A DNA stretch of 64,000 nucleotides from Nitrospirota bacterium (GTDB taxonomy: Bacteria; Nitrospirota; Nitrospiria; SBBL01; JAADHI01): positions 13,396-77,395 of the forward strand of contig JAJDBU010000044.1 in NCBI GenBank assembly GCA_029261195.1, in the 5' to 3' direction. This document shows positions 1 through 9,141 of this stretch, one piece after another. The translations under genes and the position numbers were made by a program. The notes under the pieces are model-generated. The model saw only the letters and a list, made by a program, of their open reading frames with translations. It made no database searches and was not told the DNA's origin. The number at the start of each line of letters is the position of its first letter. The first letter of the stretch is position 1.

Positions 1-450
1 CGGTTTCGCCTCGTTGAGCGGAATCAAGAGGCGCTCGATAATATCATCAAGGAACAGTGGCTGGGACAAACAGGGGCGGTTGACTCCGGAACGGCCGCTC
101 AGGCAGGCCGTCTGGTCGGGGCGGAAGCGGTTGTATTTGGCGAGGTGACGGAATTTGGAATCAGAAAGACAGGTGTCTTCCTCGGGTTTGCCGGACAGCG
201 CAATATCACAACCCGGATCGCCTTCGATGTCAAGATGGTCGATACAAGCACTGGCGAACTCGTCGGCGTCGCCAGCGGTGTTGGAAGCACAACGACAACA
301 ACAGCCGGCGTCTTCATGCTCTGGGAGCAAGGGGTCGAACAGTTTGATCAGACAACGGTGGGGCAATCCTCACGAAAGGCCCTTTACAGGATTGCAGAGC
401 GTTTGGCCCGACAATATGAAGATGCACTCAAAAACAAGAAAAAATCATGA
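1..450 (+). CDS. CsgG/HfaB family protein, 5'-truncated by window edge
   Basis: Frame 1 is open from base 1: RFRLVERNQEALDNIIKEQWLGQTGAVDSGTAAQAGRLVGAEAVVFGEVTEFG...DVKMVDTSTGE, the CsgG-family pattern. Confidence 0.8.
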   Translation, partial: RFRLVERNQEALDNIIKEQWLGQTGAVDSGTAAQAGRLVGAEAVVFGEVTEFGIRKTGVFLGFAGQRNITTRIAFDVKMVDTSTGELVGVASGVGSTTTTTAGVFMLWEQGVEQFDQTTVGQSSRKALYRIAERLARQYEDALKNKKKS

Positions 451-525
451 TGGGCTCAGGGAAAGGGACCCATTGAAAAACAAACATCAATATTGAATCC
501 ACCGATATTATATAAGGAGGTCACA

Positions 526-1422
526 ATGCCGATTTATCGCTTCATCGTTTTGACGGGACTGGTTCTCGCATTCCTCTATGGAGACCTGATCAATGACGCA
601 TGGGGACAGCAGACCAATAATGTCTCCCCTCCTCCCCTTTCAACACCGAATGTCCACAGTGGCGTTTCCGAACTGAATATACGAGCACTCTATTTGAGTA
701 GTGAGACTTCAGGGACCAGCAGTTCTGAAATGACCGGTGCCGGTCTTTTTGGAGAGTTCACTCGGGGGATGAGTGACAGGACTGGCTTTAATCTTCGCTT
801 GGGTATCCTGGGACTCGAGATGGAGCAGGAATCGCCCACATTCACCGGCACGAAGGGTACCCAGGAGAGTACGACAGACGGCGTCATGCTCTTTTACGGA
901 GGTAACTTGCTCTTTGAACTCTTTGAAGGGGAAAAGAAAGATGCCGCTGGCGAGGTCATTAAAATCGGCCATGGCCTCACCTTTTTCAGCGGCCTCAACC
1001 TGAACATGATGTCTATGACCGCTGACGATTTCGATTTGCTATTACTGACGTATGAAATTCCGGTCGGGCTTGTTGGGCAAATCGCACTTTCAAACAGGAT
1101 TCAGATTGTCCCTTTTGTCTCCGTTAATTTTCTATTGGGTGGAACAGGGACCATAGAAACCGACAGCACATCCACCGACATCGAAATTGAAAGTCAGGTT
1201 ATTCCAAGCTATGGCGCCGACATTATCATCCGTCCCTTCCGCAATGCCCCAAACTGGAAGTTCAGCATTGGCACTGTCCTCCAACAGGTTACGGCGAACC
1301 AGTCGAGCGGTGCAGGAGAGGACGAGACGGACAACACGGACAATATAATGATCACGTTTGGCCTGGTTTACGAGCAGGGACAGCATTATTCAGAGACCGT
1401 CTTTGGACCGGTCCTTCGATAA
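526..1422 (+). CDS. Exported protein, probable outer-membrane beta-barrel
   Basis: AAGGAGG at 514-520 precedes ATG 526; signal peptide; alternating amphipathic strands. Confidence 0.55.
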   Translation: MPIYRFIVLTGLVLAFLYGDLINDAWGQQTNNVSPPPLSTPNVHSGVSELNIRALYLSSETSGTSSSEMTGAGLFGEFTRGMSDRTGFNLRLGILGLEMEQESPTFTGTKGTQESTTDGVMLFYGGNLLFELFEGEKKDAAGEVIKIGHGLTFFSGLNLNMMSMTADDFDLLLLTYEIPVGLVGQIALSNRIQIVPFVSVNFLLGGTGTIETDSTSTDIEIESQVIPSYGADIIIRPFRNAPNWKFSIGTVLQQVTANQSSGAGEDETDNTDNIMITFGLVYEQGQHYSETVFGPVLR

Positions 1423-1462
1423 AGAGGAAAAAACAATCATAATGAAGAGGAGGGTAAAACCG

Positions 1463-2047
1463 ATGAGAACAACACAGCTATTTTATAAAATCGTCACTTT
1501 GGGGGGCATCGCCATCATGCTGTCCGGTTGCGCCGGGGTAAAAGGAGGACCTTCCGGCGAGCCGCTCTGGGTGATTCAGGGAAGCGGCGCCTTTAAAGAT
1601 GGCGGGAAACAGGTCTTTTATGGTGTCGGTGCGATCAGCGGGGTAAGGAACAATGCCCTGGGCAGAACCACGGCTGAAAACAGGGCCCGAGCGGAAATCA
1701 CCAAGACCTTTGAAAACTATACTGCGTCACTGATGAAGGATTATGCGGCCTCGACGACAGGGGGCGCAGTGGTGAACAGTGATAATGCCACCAGTGGAGA
1801 GCAGCATGTTGAACAGGCTGTCAAGACCTTCTCCGCCGCCACCCTTTCCGGGGTCATCATTATCAACCACTGGACCGATCCTTCCAACGGAACCCTTTAT
1901 GCCCTTGCAAGGCTTGACCTTGAGAACTTCAAGAACAGTCTCGAAAAGATCAAGCAGTTGAGTTCGGAGGCTCGGGATTATGTTCGGAAGAACGCCGAAA
2001 AATCCTTCGACAATCTCGCCGCCGAAGAAAAGAAGCGGGGAACCTGA
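1463..2047 (+). CDS. LPP20 family lipoprotein
   Basis: GGAGG before ATG 1463; lipobox MLSG-C; PLWV...FYGVG...AENRARAEI...YALARL pattern. Confidence 0.7.
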   Translation: MRTTQLFYKIVTLGGIAIMLSGCAGVKGGPSGEPLWVIQGSGAFKDGGKQVFYGVGAISGVRNNALGRTTAENRARAEITKTFENYTASLMKDYAASTTGGAVVNSDNATSGEQHVEQAVKTFSAATLSGVIIINHWTDPSNGTLYALARLDLENFKNSLEKIKQLSSEARDYVRKNAEKSFDNLAAEEKKRGT

Positions 2048-2063
2048 AGGTTTTAAATTGAGA

Positions 2064-3146
2064 ATGGATCGCCGGAAAACCGTTCATGGCACACTCGCGT
2101 GCATGTTCTTCCTGTGCGTCGTGCTTCATCCTGGAAATGCTTCCGCGGGCAAGCCGGACTGGATTGCGGGAACGAGCCAAAAATACCCGAAAGCGCAGTT
2201 CCTAAGCGGTGTCGGTGTCGGAAGGACACGCCGGGCGGCGGAGGATATGGCCTACGGGGCCATATCAAGGATCTTCCATGTCGAAATCAGTCAAAAGACG
2301 CAGGAATGGGAAAAATATTTACAAGAAGACATCGGACAGAAAACCCGGACACGCAGAACCGTGACCATAGAGCAAATGACTGCGGTTTCGACCCGGAAAG
2401 TCCTGGAAAATATTACCGTGGCGGAGGCCTGGGAGGATGAAAAACATCAAAAGGTCTATGTGCTGGCGGTGATGGACCGGGCGCATACATCCAGGATTTT
2501 TTTAGACCGGGTGGCCTCCCTTGATACCAGGGTGGAAAATATTTTGAAAGAGGCGGAGGGAGAAGGCGACAAGATACAAAAAGTCCGAAGTCTCCGCGAA
2601 GGCCTGAAAATGCTTCTTCTGCGCGAGGTCTATAACACAGAATTGCGGATCGTGAATCGATCGGGTGCAGGGATTCCGCCAAAGGTGAGCCTCTTGGTCA
2701 TCACACGGGAACTTCATCGCGTTTTAAAAGAGGAACTCAACATCAGTGTGGAAATGACCGGGCCGGAGCATGTTCAGATCAGGGCTGCGCTCCTTGAAGG
2801 ATTAACGCAGCGCGGTTTCTCAGTGATCGGAACCGGCGGGAACATGAGCGATTTCGAGGCGCTTGAAGATGGAATTCAAACGGAAGATGTCCTGATCAAA
2901 GGGGCGATCACGCTGCAACCGGCGAGGATTCAAAACGCATCCTTTCAATTTATCCGGTGGAATGCCCGCTTTGAGCTGATCGACAAGAAAACCGGCAAGG
3001 TCTTTGGCAGCCTCGACCAGTCCGGCCGCGAGGGCCATCTCAGCCTGCCCGAAGCAAAAAGGCGCGCTGTCCGTGCATTGCAAAAGGAGATGAACGAGGC
3101 CCTGACAGCCCGTCTTGCCGGGTTTATCTTTGGCGAGGAAAAGTAG
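2064..3146 (+). CDS. LPP20-domain exported protein
   Basis: Signal peptide then KPDWI...FLSGVGVG...AEDMAYGAIS...YVLAVMDR; start chosen at ATG 2064 within ORF 1980..3146. Confidence 0.65.
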   Translation: MDRRKTVHGTLACMFFLCVVLHPGNASAGKPDWIAGTSQKYPKAQFLSGVGVGRTRRAAEDMAYGAISRIFHVEISQKTQEWEKYLQEDIGQKTRTRRTVTIEQMTAVSTRKVLENITVAEAWEDEKHQKVYVLAVMDRAHTSRIFLDRVASLDTRVENILKEAEGEGDKIQKVRSLREGLKMLLLREVYNTELRIVNRSGAGIPPKVSLLVITRELHRVLKEELNISVEMTGPEHVQIRAALLEGLTQRGFSVIGTGGNMSDFEALEDGIQTEDVLIKGAITLQPARIQNASFQFIRWNARFELIDKKTGKVFGSLDQSGREGHLSLPEAKRRAVRALQKEMNEALTARLAGFIFGEEK

Positions 3147-3221
3147 TGCGGCCTCCACCCGTTCGTCCTGTATCGGGGAAGCATTTTTGAAAAAAAATAA
3201 AAAAAATCAAAAACAGGGCGA

Positions 3222-3241
3222 ATCTGTAAGGGATCTGTAAG
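3222..3241 (+). promoter_or_regulatory. Tandem direct repeat ATCTGTAAG-N2-ATCTGTAAG, possible OmpR/PhoB-family site
   Basis: Perfect 9-bp repeats with 11-bp period in the intergenic region upstream of 3352. Confidence 0.4.
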
Positions 3242-3351
3242 CTTCGGTGTGGGATTATGGCCATTATCGTTTATCTGCGTTTATGAGCCTGTTAAAAGAG
3301 GGTTAGAAGGGTAAGTTTAATCACATGATCTTGAAACTGCGGAGGTGCATC

Positions 3352-4977
3352 ATGAAACGTACAATGAAGCAGATGATTGTCCTTTTTTCATTGGCTGCCG
3401 CATTGTTTGGCTGCGGCGGCGGGGGGAATGGCGACACACCCGGCGCCGGCGCAACGGGCGGTCCTAGCGGAGGAAGTGGAGGGGGTGCAACGGGAAAAAC
3501 GCCTATCCGTACGCTTGTTTACCACCAAATCACCTCCTTCAGTGAAAGTCAGGTAGCAGGTCAGGGTTGGCAGCATGTGCTCAGTGACAACGGGGGGCAT
3601 GTGGTGTGGTACAAACAAAGGAACCCCAAAGGCGTTTTTACAGCGAACGCAGATGGCAGCAATATCCGGGAAGTGGCGAACCTGGGTACAGGCCGTCTTA
3701 TACGTGTCGATATTAGCGCCGACGGTTCCAGAATTTCCTATGATGGCGGGGGAAATGGCTCAAAGGTTAACACGGTTAATTCGAATGGAAGCAACGATCG
3801 CGCCTTGCTTAGCCTCAATCAGTTTATCGGGACGCTTCGGCTCACAGGTGACGGCAGTAAGGTTTTTTTTAATTTGCCTGGCGACGCAAGAATCGAGGGT
3901 TCCGGTAACCTGGTTGAGCGTGGGGTCTATTCTATTAATTTTGATGGCAGCAGCCAGCAACAGGTGATCGGGCCCGCGAGCATCGCCGGCCTGCTGGGCA
4001 TTGCCGCAAGCGATGTGAGATTTGAGGGTTTCACGAATGGTCCTGAGGTGGATGTCTCCTTTGACGGCACGCGCATTATTTTTGTTGCCAAAACGACACA
4101 AACCGGGGAACGCCACGTTTTTACGGCCAGGGACGACGGTTCGCAGTTGCGCAAAATTTTCAGTCCCCCACGATCAACTCCAATAGAAGTCGGCATAAGC
4201 CGCAACGGTGGGAAGGTGGCATTCATCGCGACGATTGGAGGTAATCGCGAAGGGTATACCTCGAATTTTGATGGCTCGCAACTACGGAAGATTGCATCAA
4301 ATAAGGATTTTCAGTTTACGGGTGTATTCGGAAACGGCGTCGGTGACCAGATTTCCCTGACCGCCGACGGTTCAAAAGTGATATTCAACGGTGACTTCCG
4401 CGGACATTTGTTCAACAGCGACGGCAGCGGGGTTCTTCAGCTTTCGGCCAACACCGCTGCTCCTGCTGGAATGCCTCTCATCGTCGGCAATCTTGCACGA
4501 GCAACCATGAGCAGCGATGGTAGTCGGGTTCTCTTTTCATTCATCAAAAGTAATACGATACCACCGGGTAGCCGGTGGCAGTTGGCGACCTTGGATATCA
4601 ATCCTGCCAGCCTCGGAGAAGCGACCGCGCTTACAAATATCACCGTCAACCCTGATGTTGTGGCTGTGAACCCTGCTTCTGATGCGACCATTAGTGTCAA
4701 GGTGAACACCAACATCGACTATGTGGGCAACGTGGCGCTGCTCAACGGGCGTCGGGATTCCAAAGTAACGGTTCGGAAATTTTTCGATGATGGCGTTTCT
4801 GCCGGAGATAATGTGGCAGGGGACGGGATTTTTACCCATAACGCAATCCAGGCATTTTCCGACGCGGAAATCGGTCCGCGCATTCTGCGCATCAACGCTG
4901 AAGTATTTTCCGCGAATGGCCGTTTGCACGGCACGGCGGTAGATCTTGAACCCTTCGCCGTTGTCGCTTCGCCCTGA
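3352..4977 (+). CDS. Lipoprotein with TolB-like beta-propeller and C-terminal choice-of-anchor X-like domain
   Basis: GGAGG RBS; lipobox LFG-C plus Gly-rich linker; repeated IS.DGS.(I/V).F and N.DGS motifs; DDGVSAGDNVAGDGIFT motif. Confidence 0.7.
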   Translation: MKRTMKQMIVLFSLAAALFGCGGGGNGDTPGAGATGGPSGGSGGGATGKTPIRTLVYHQITSFSESQVAGQGWQHVLSDNGGHVVWYKQRNPKGVFTANADGSNIREVANLGTGRLIRVDISADGSRISYDGGGNGSKVNTVNSNGSNDRALLSLNQFIGTLRLTGDGSKVFFNLPGDARIEGSGNLVERGVYSINFDGSSQQQVIGPASIAGLLGIAASDVRFEGFTNGPEVDVSFDGTRIIFVAKTTQTGERHVFTARDDGSQLRKIFSPPRSTPIEVGISRNGGKVAFIATIGGNREGYTSNFDGSQLRKIASNKDFQFTGVFGNGVGDQISLTADGSKVIFNGDFRGHLFNSDGSGVLQLSANTAAPAGMPLIVGNLARATMSSDGSRVLFSFIKSNTIPPGSRWQLATLDINPASLGEATALTNITVNPDVVAVNPASDATISVKVNTNIDYVGNVALLNGRRDSKVTVRKFFDDGVSAGDNVAGDGIFTHNAIQAFSDAEIGPRILRINAEVFSANGRLHGTAVDLEPFAVVASP

Positions 4978-5131
4978 GTGTCGAGACACCAGGCCGGGGA
5001 CATGAATCCAGGTTCCGAGTTGTGAATGGGAGCGGAAGTCAAGACGAATAAGAACCGAAGACCAACATCGTTTCTTAATAGAATCCCTAATATGGCTTTT
5101 ACTTGCGCTGATTATGTATTACAATCGGCTC

Positions 5132-5211
5132 ATGCTCTATAATTGGCAACAAATAGACTGGCCTGAATTTAAGTACGATCTCTCCGATGTTGAAGACGGT
5201 TTATTTGCGTT
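5132..5211 (+). pseudogene. N-terminal stub of a Fic family (DUF4172) gene cut by an IS21 end
   Basis: MLYNWQQIDWPEFKYD is the DUF4172/Fic N-terminal pattern; similarity stops at TGTCAA (5212). Confidence 0.7.
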
Positions 5212-5453
5212 TGTCAATGGTCTTTTGAAAACCTACCAAAAATGGTCGTTAAAAGTAGGCCACTTTAGCTCTCAGTTTTCCTTGTTTCGAAACCCTCTTT
5301 TCCTATTTTTCCTTTAAGCCTGTAACTGTTTCCCCTGATGTTAATAATCACGCTGTGATGCAGCAGCCTGTCGAGAATCGCCGTCACAATAATCGGGTCA
5401 TGAAAGAGTTCACTCCAGTCGGAGAATGCCTTGTTCGAGGTAATGATGGTGCT
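5212..5453 (-). mobile_element. istB: IS21-family remnant: terminal repeat plus istB 3' end
   Basis: Minus strand 5453-5265 reads STIITSNKAFSDWSELFHDPIIVTAILDRLLHHSVIINIRGNSYRLK...*, the IstB C-terminus; 5212-5264 starts TGT and has two internal AATGGTC...CCA repeats typical of IS21 ends. Confidence 0.88.
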
Positions 5454-6270
5454 TTATGATCCGGAAGGTTTTCTGATCGCCGCCAATGACGATGCCGGTG
5501 CCGGTCCGCCTGCCTGCCGCTTCCCGGAAAGGGGGAGAAATGCCGTTCTGTGTGTTGCGCTCCCACTATTAAGTGCCACGGGCGAGGCCTTGCCCGACCC
5601 GAGTACCTACCGGATCGTCGTCAGTGCGGTGGATAAAGCCGGGACCACCAGTCCACTGACCGAAGGCCTGGGGCATCGAAGAAGCGTCGCCGGAGGGCAG
5701 TACGCGCTGAAGGTCTTTGGTGGGGCATTCTCCGCCCCCGGCCCGCTGAGTCTCCCTGAACTCCTTTTCCCCGGAGAGGGTCAAACGGACTTGGAAACCA
5801 GTGTCACCTTTCGATGGAAGCCGAGCACAGACCCGATCGGTGGCGCAGTGAGTTATGAGCATTGTCTGCGTGAAAATGATTCCAATTTTACCGGAGCAGA
5901 TTGCACCTCCATTGACCAGACAGCCTCGCTTTTGAATAAGGGCGTCCGGGTTGCGGGTTGGGGTCTCTCTGGAACAGGCTTGCTCTTATTGGGGATGGCC
6001 CTTTTCGGCGGAATGAAAAGCAAGGGGAAAGTCGGGTTCCTGATCGCCATGATGGTCACCGCAGGGATGCTGTTGGTCTCTTGCGGAGGTGGAGGGGGTG
6101 GCAGTGGCAGTCCTGGTGATGGTGATGGTGGTGGGGGCGGAAGCGCCTCTGAAGTCACCCGAACCGTCTCCGGGCTGAACCCCGGTACAAGCTATTTCTG
6201 GAAAGTGATTGCAAAAAATGGAGCCGGAGAGTCGGCAGAAAACGGAATAAGGAGTTTTACCACCCAGTAA
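5452..6270 (+). pseudogene. 5'-truncated surface protein gene (PPC-like domain plus FN3-like domain with inserted TM hairpin)
   Basis: Begins mid-domain at LYDPEGFLIAANDD; the ORF-track start (5431) lies inside antisense istB DNA; C-terminal GLNPGTSYFWKVIAKN is FN3-like. Confidence 0.65.
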
Positions 6271-6295
6271 GAAAAACATGATGGTCGGGGAGGGC

Positions 6296-6321
6296 AGTCA
6301 CAGCCTTGGGTGGCTTTTTTC
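6296..6321 (+). terminator. Probable intrinsic terminator
   Basis: AGTCAC/GTGGCT stem followed by a T run, just after stop 6270. Confidence 0.5.
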
Positions 6322-6391
6322 AAAACATACAACGCGTGACGCGTCCTGGTAATGTGAGAACGCTTGACGACGTAATCTGGAGGGAGCAATC

Positions 6392-7429
6392 ATGAAGAAA
6401 CGGATTGTCATCTGTGCGGACGGAACATGGAACCGTCCCGAGAAAAATTTAAAGAATGACTTCGCCACGAACGTACTCCGCTTGGCCCGAGCCATTCAGC
6501 CTGTGGGAGAAGATGAAAACTCACAGCAGGTATTCTACGACTGGGGCGTAGGATCCTACTATGATCCATTAATCGGCGGGGCGACGGGTAAAGGGCTGAA
6601 TAAAAACGTCATGGACGATTACCGCTATATTATTCAGAACTACTCGCCGGGTGACGATTTATTTCTGTTCGGCTTCAGTCGTGGTGCTTTTACCATTCGC
6701 AGCCTGTGCGGCTTGATCAACAACTGCGGGATCCTCAAGCGCCCGGATGCACGACTTATCCAGACAGCCTTCAACCATTATAAAAAACCTGGAAAAGATT
6801 ATTCGCCGTCGGGTCAAAAATCCGTAGAATTCCGCCGAGCGCACGCTCACCCATCCCGAGAAATTAAATTCGTTGGCGTTTGGGACACCGTCGGCGCGCT
6901 GGGCATTCCCTTCTCCTTTCTGGGCCTGTTCGATAGTCAGGATGAGTTCTACGACAATAAGATGGGGCCCAACATTCGCATTGCACGCCATGCCCTGGCT
7001 ATAGACGAGTTACGCTCTGACTTTGAACCGACCATCTGGCTGTCCAGGAAGAACATGGATCTGAAACAGGTTTGGTTCATTGGCGTTCATACCGACGTAG
7101 GGGGTGGCTACGCCCCGGATCAAGACGGTACCCTGCTGTCCGATATTACGCTGGATTGGATGATGCGAGAGGCTAAGGCCGCCGGCTTGACACTGGAGCC
7201 GCACTTACCGGAGCGCCTGAAACCAAAACCCACCGCGACTCTACACAAGTCACGACGGCACATCTACCGTTCTAAACGCCCTGCGCCGAGAGAAATAGAT
7301 CACGGCGGAGAGGTGCTGATCCACAAATCGGTGAAACAGCGCTGGGAACAAGACCCGAAATATCGACCACAGAAGCTAGCAGAATACATCAAAAATTACG
7401 GCTGGTTGGAGCGTTATCTTGTGTTTTGA
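6392..7429 (+). CDS. DUF2235 alpha/beta hydrolase (Tle1-like catalytic domain)
   Basis: IVICADGTWN, FGFSRGA, GVWDTVGALG, HALAIDE, QVWFIGVHTDVGGG. Confidence 0.9.
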   Translation: MKKRIVICADGTWNRPEKNLKNDFATNVLRLARAIQPVGEDENSQQVFYDWGVGSYYDPLIGGATGKGLNKNVMDDYRYIIQNYSPGDDLFLFGFSRGAFTIRSLCGLINNCGILKRPDARLIQTAFNHYKKPGKDYSPSGQKSVEFRRAHAHPSREIKFVGVWDTVGALGIPFSFLGLFDSQDEFYDNKMGPNIRIARHALAIDELRSDFEPTIWLSRKNMDLKQVWFIGVHTDVGGGYAPDQDGTLLSDITLDWMMREAKAAGLTLEPHLPERLKPKPTATLHKSRRHIYRSKRPAPREIDHGGEVLIHKSVKQRWEQDPKYRPQKLAEYIKNYGWLERYLVF

Positions 7430-7622
7430 ACAATCCAAACGTCGCAGAAAAATGGGCGTTTCAAGGCTCTTGGCTCCCTCATCCTTATTGGCCCGTCTGC
7501 TCAAGCCTGACGACCAGTTACAGCTTTTTAGAGGTTTATGGGCTTATGTTTTGCGTTTCGAGGGACATACTACGGACTACGTCCTTTTTAAAATCAAAAA
7601 CTTAAACATTTGCCTGCAAGCC

Positions 7623-9095
7623 CTAATTGCTTTGATTCGAAAGCAGAAAAAACTGGTTGGCGGAGCCTGTTAGGTCGCTACCCATGTAGATTAGATCTAT
7701 GCTTTGGAAGCCTTGAGGCGCGTCAAAGCCGGTGAAAAATCCGGAAATAAGAGAGGTCGGAGAAAGTGCGCCAGTGCTGAACCGCCAGTTCCCTGTGAAC
7801 TTTCCTAAGCCGTTCCCGTAGAGTACGAAGAGTTCATTCGTATCCGGGAGAGCGATTGCAATGTCGTCGTTTGTTCCAACATTAAAATCCCCGATTGTAA
7901 TTGTTCCGGGTTTAGAACTTAAAGGTATTTGAAGGGGCGTTCCGAAGCTGCCGTCACCGTTTCCCAATAAAACCGAAATCTGACTGCTAGCGGCATGGGC
8001 AGCCACCAGGTCCGGTATATCATCTCCGTTAAAATCACCTTCCGCAAGATAAGTGATGACACCCGGGAAGGAGAGCGTGGTATTTGAACTGAAACTGCCC
8101 TGTCCATTTCCGAATAAAACGAAGAGATCTTTTGACCCTTCACGTACCACCGCTAAGTCGAGTGTGGTATTTCGATCAAAATCGGCGACGATCATCTGAA
8201 TGGGTTTTCCCCCGACGGGAAATGTACCCGTCTCTGTGTGGGTGAAGGGTAGTTGACTCCTGTCTTGTCGGAAAAAAATAATTTCTCCGGCTGCCGTGCC
8301 GACAATTAAATCTGAGATTGGGAAATCATTGAGAAAGCTGCCATGAAATTTTCCGGCCGCCAGGGAAACGGGCGTTTGTCCGACCACTAGGGAGATCGTT
8401 TGTGAAATAGAAGGTGGCTGTTGGCCTGTGGTGTCCGACGAAATAAAATGAATCTTTTGATCGGATCCGCTTGCCACGGCGAGTTCAGCGGCGAAGCTGT
8501 TTAAAACGCCTACGAAATCGCCAACCACCATTGCAACGGGGTCAGTCACTGGGATCGGTTTTTCCTCGAAGGTGTTGTTCCCGTTTCCGAGCAGGAAAGA
8601 GACCTGATTTAAATCAGGATTTCGTGCGACCAGATCAAGATTATTGTCGTCATTCAGGTCGATGGTCTGTCCGTCCCGAACGAACAGGCCTCCGACGGCA
8701 AGCTCTACTACGCCCGAAGTGAGAGGTTCCCCTATAGCTTTTTTGATTTTCGTGAGGCCGACTTTTCCTGTTCCACTGAGTCCCGCATCGCGATTTCTTG
8801 TGGCCTGAACCGTTGCGGTAGCGACCTGAGCTGTGACGGCTTCCGAAACATAGAGCCCCGTATTTGGGTCAATCGTACCGGGGCCACTCAGTAGAGACCA
8901 AGTGACATTTTCGTCCAAAACACCTGAAACTTTTGCCGAAAACTGAACGCGTCCTTCGCTGTCCGGTACTCGAAAAAAATCAGGGCTGACCGTGAGCGTA
9001 CCTTGTCCGCCTGACTCAGCCGCAGAGCAGCCGAATAAAAAGGCAAAGCATAAGACGATCAAGCTTATTGCGTGAAAATTATATTTTTCCGACAT
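7623..9095 (-). CDS. FG-GAP/VCBS repeat lipoprotein with N-terminal Ig-like domain
   Basis: Lipobox LFG-C; repeats GDFNGDDIPDLV...VLLGNGDGSF. Confidence 0.85.
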   Translation of the reverse strand: MSEKYNFHAISLIVLCFAFLFGCSAAESGGQGTLTVSPDFFRVPDSEGRVQFSAKVSGVLDENVTWSLLSGPGTIDPNTGLYVSEAVTAQVATATVQATRNRDAGLSGTGKVGLTKIKKAIGEPLTSGVVELAVGGLFVRDGQTIDLNDDNNLDLVARNPDLNQVSFLLGNGNNTFEEKPIPVTDPVAMVVGDFVGVLNSFAAELAVASGSDQKIHFISSDTTGQQPPSISQTISLVVGQTPVSLAAGKFHGSFLNDFPISDLIVGTAAGEIIFFRQDRSQLPFTHTETGTFPVGGKPIQMIVADFDRNTTLDLAVVREGSKDLFVLFGNGQGSFSSNTTLSFPGVITYLAEGDFNGDDIPDLVAAHAASSQISVLLGNGDGSFGTPLQIPLSSKPGTITIGDFNVGTNDDIAIALPDTNELFVLYGNGLGKFTGNWRFSTGALSPTSLISGFFTGFDAPQGFQSIDLIYMGSDLTGSANQFFLLSNQSN

Positions 9096-9141
9096 ATATA
9101 TTCAGTATAACCTAAAAACTGAAAACTGCCGGGCTTGCGCG

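Noticed and set aside
5114-5317. ORF-track 67-aa protein as an intact gene
   Set aside because: Chimera of a Fic N-terminus and read-through into the IS21 end
6392-7429. DUF2235 gene as evidence of a type VI secretion effector locus
   Set aside because: No vgrG, PAAR or immunity gene nearby; stand-alone DUF2235 hydrolases are common
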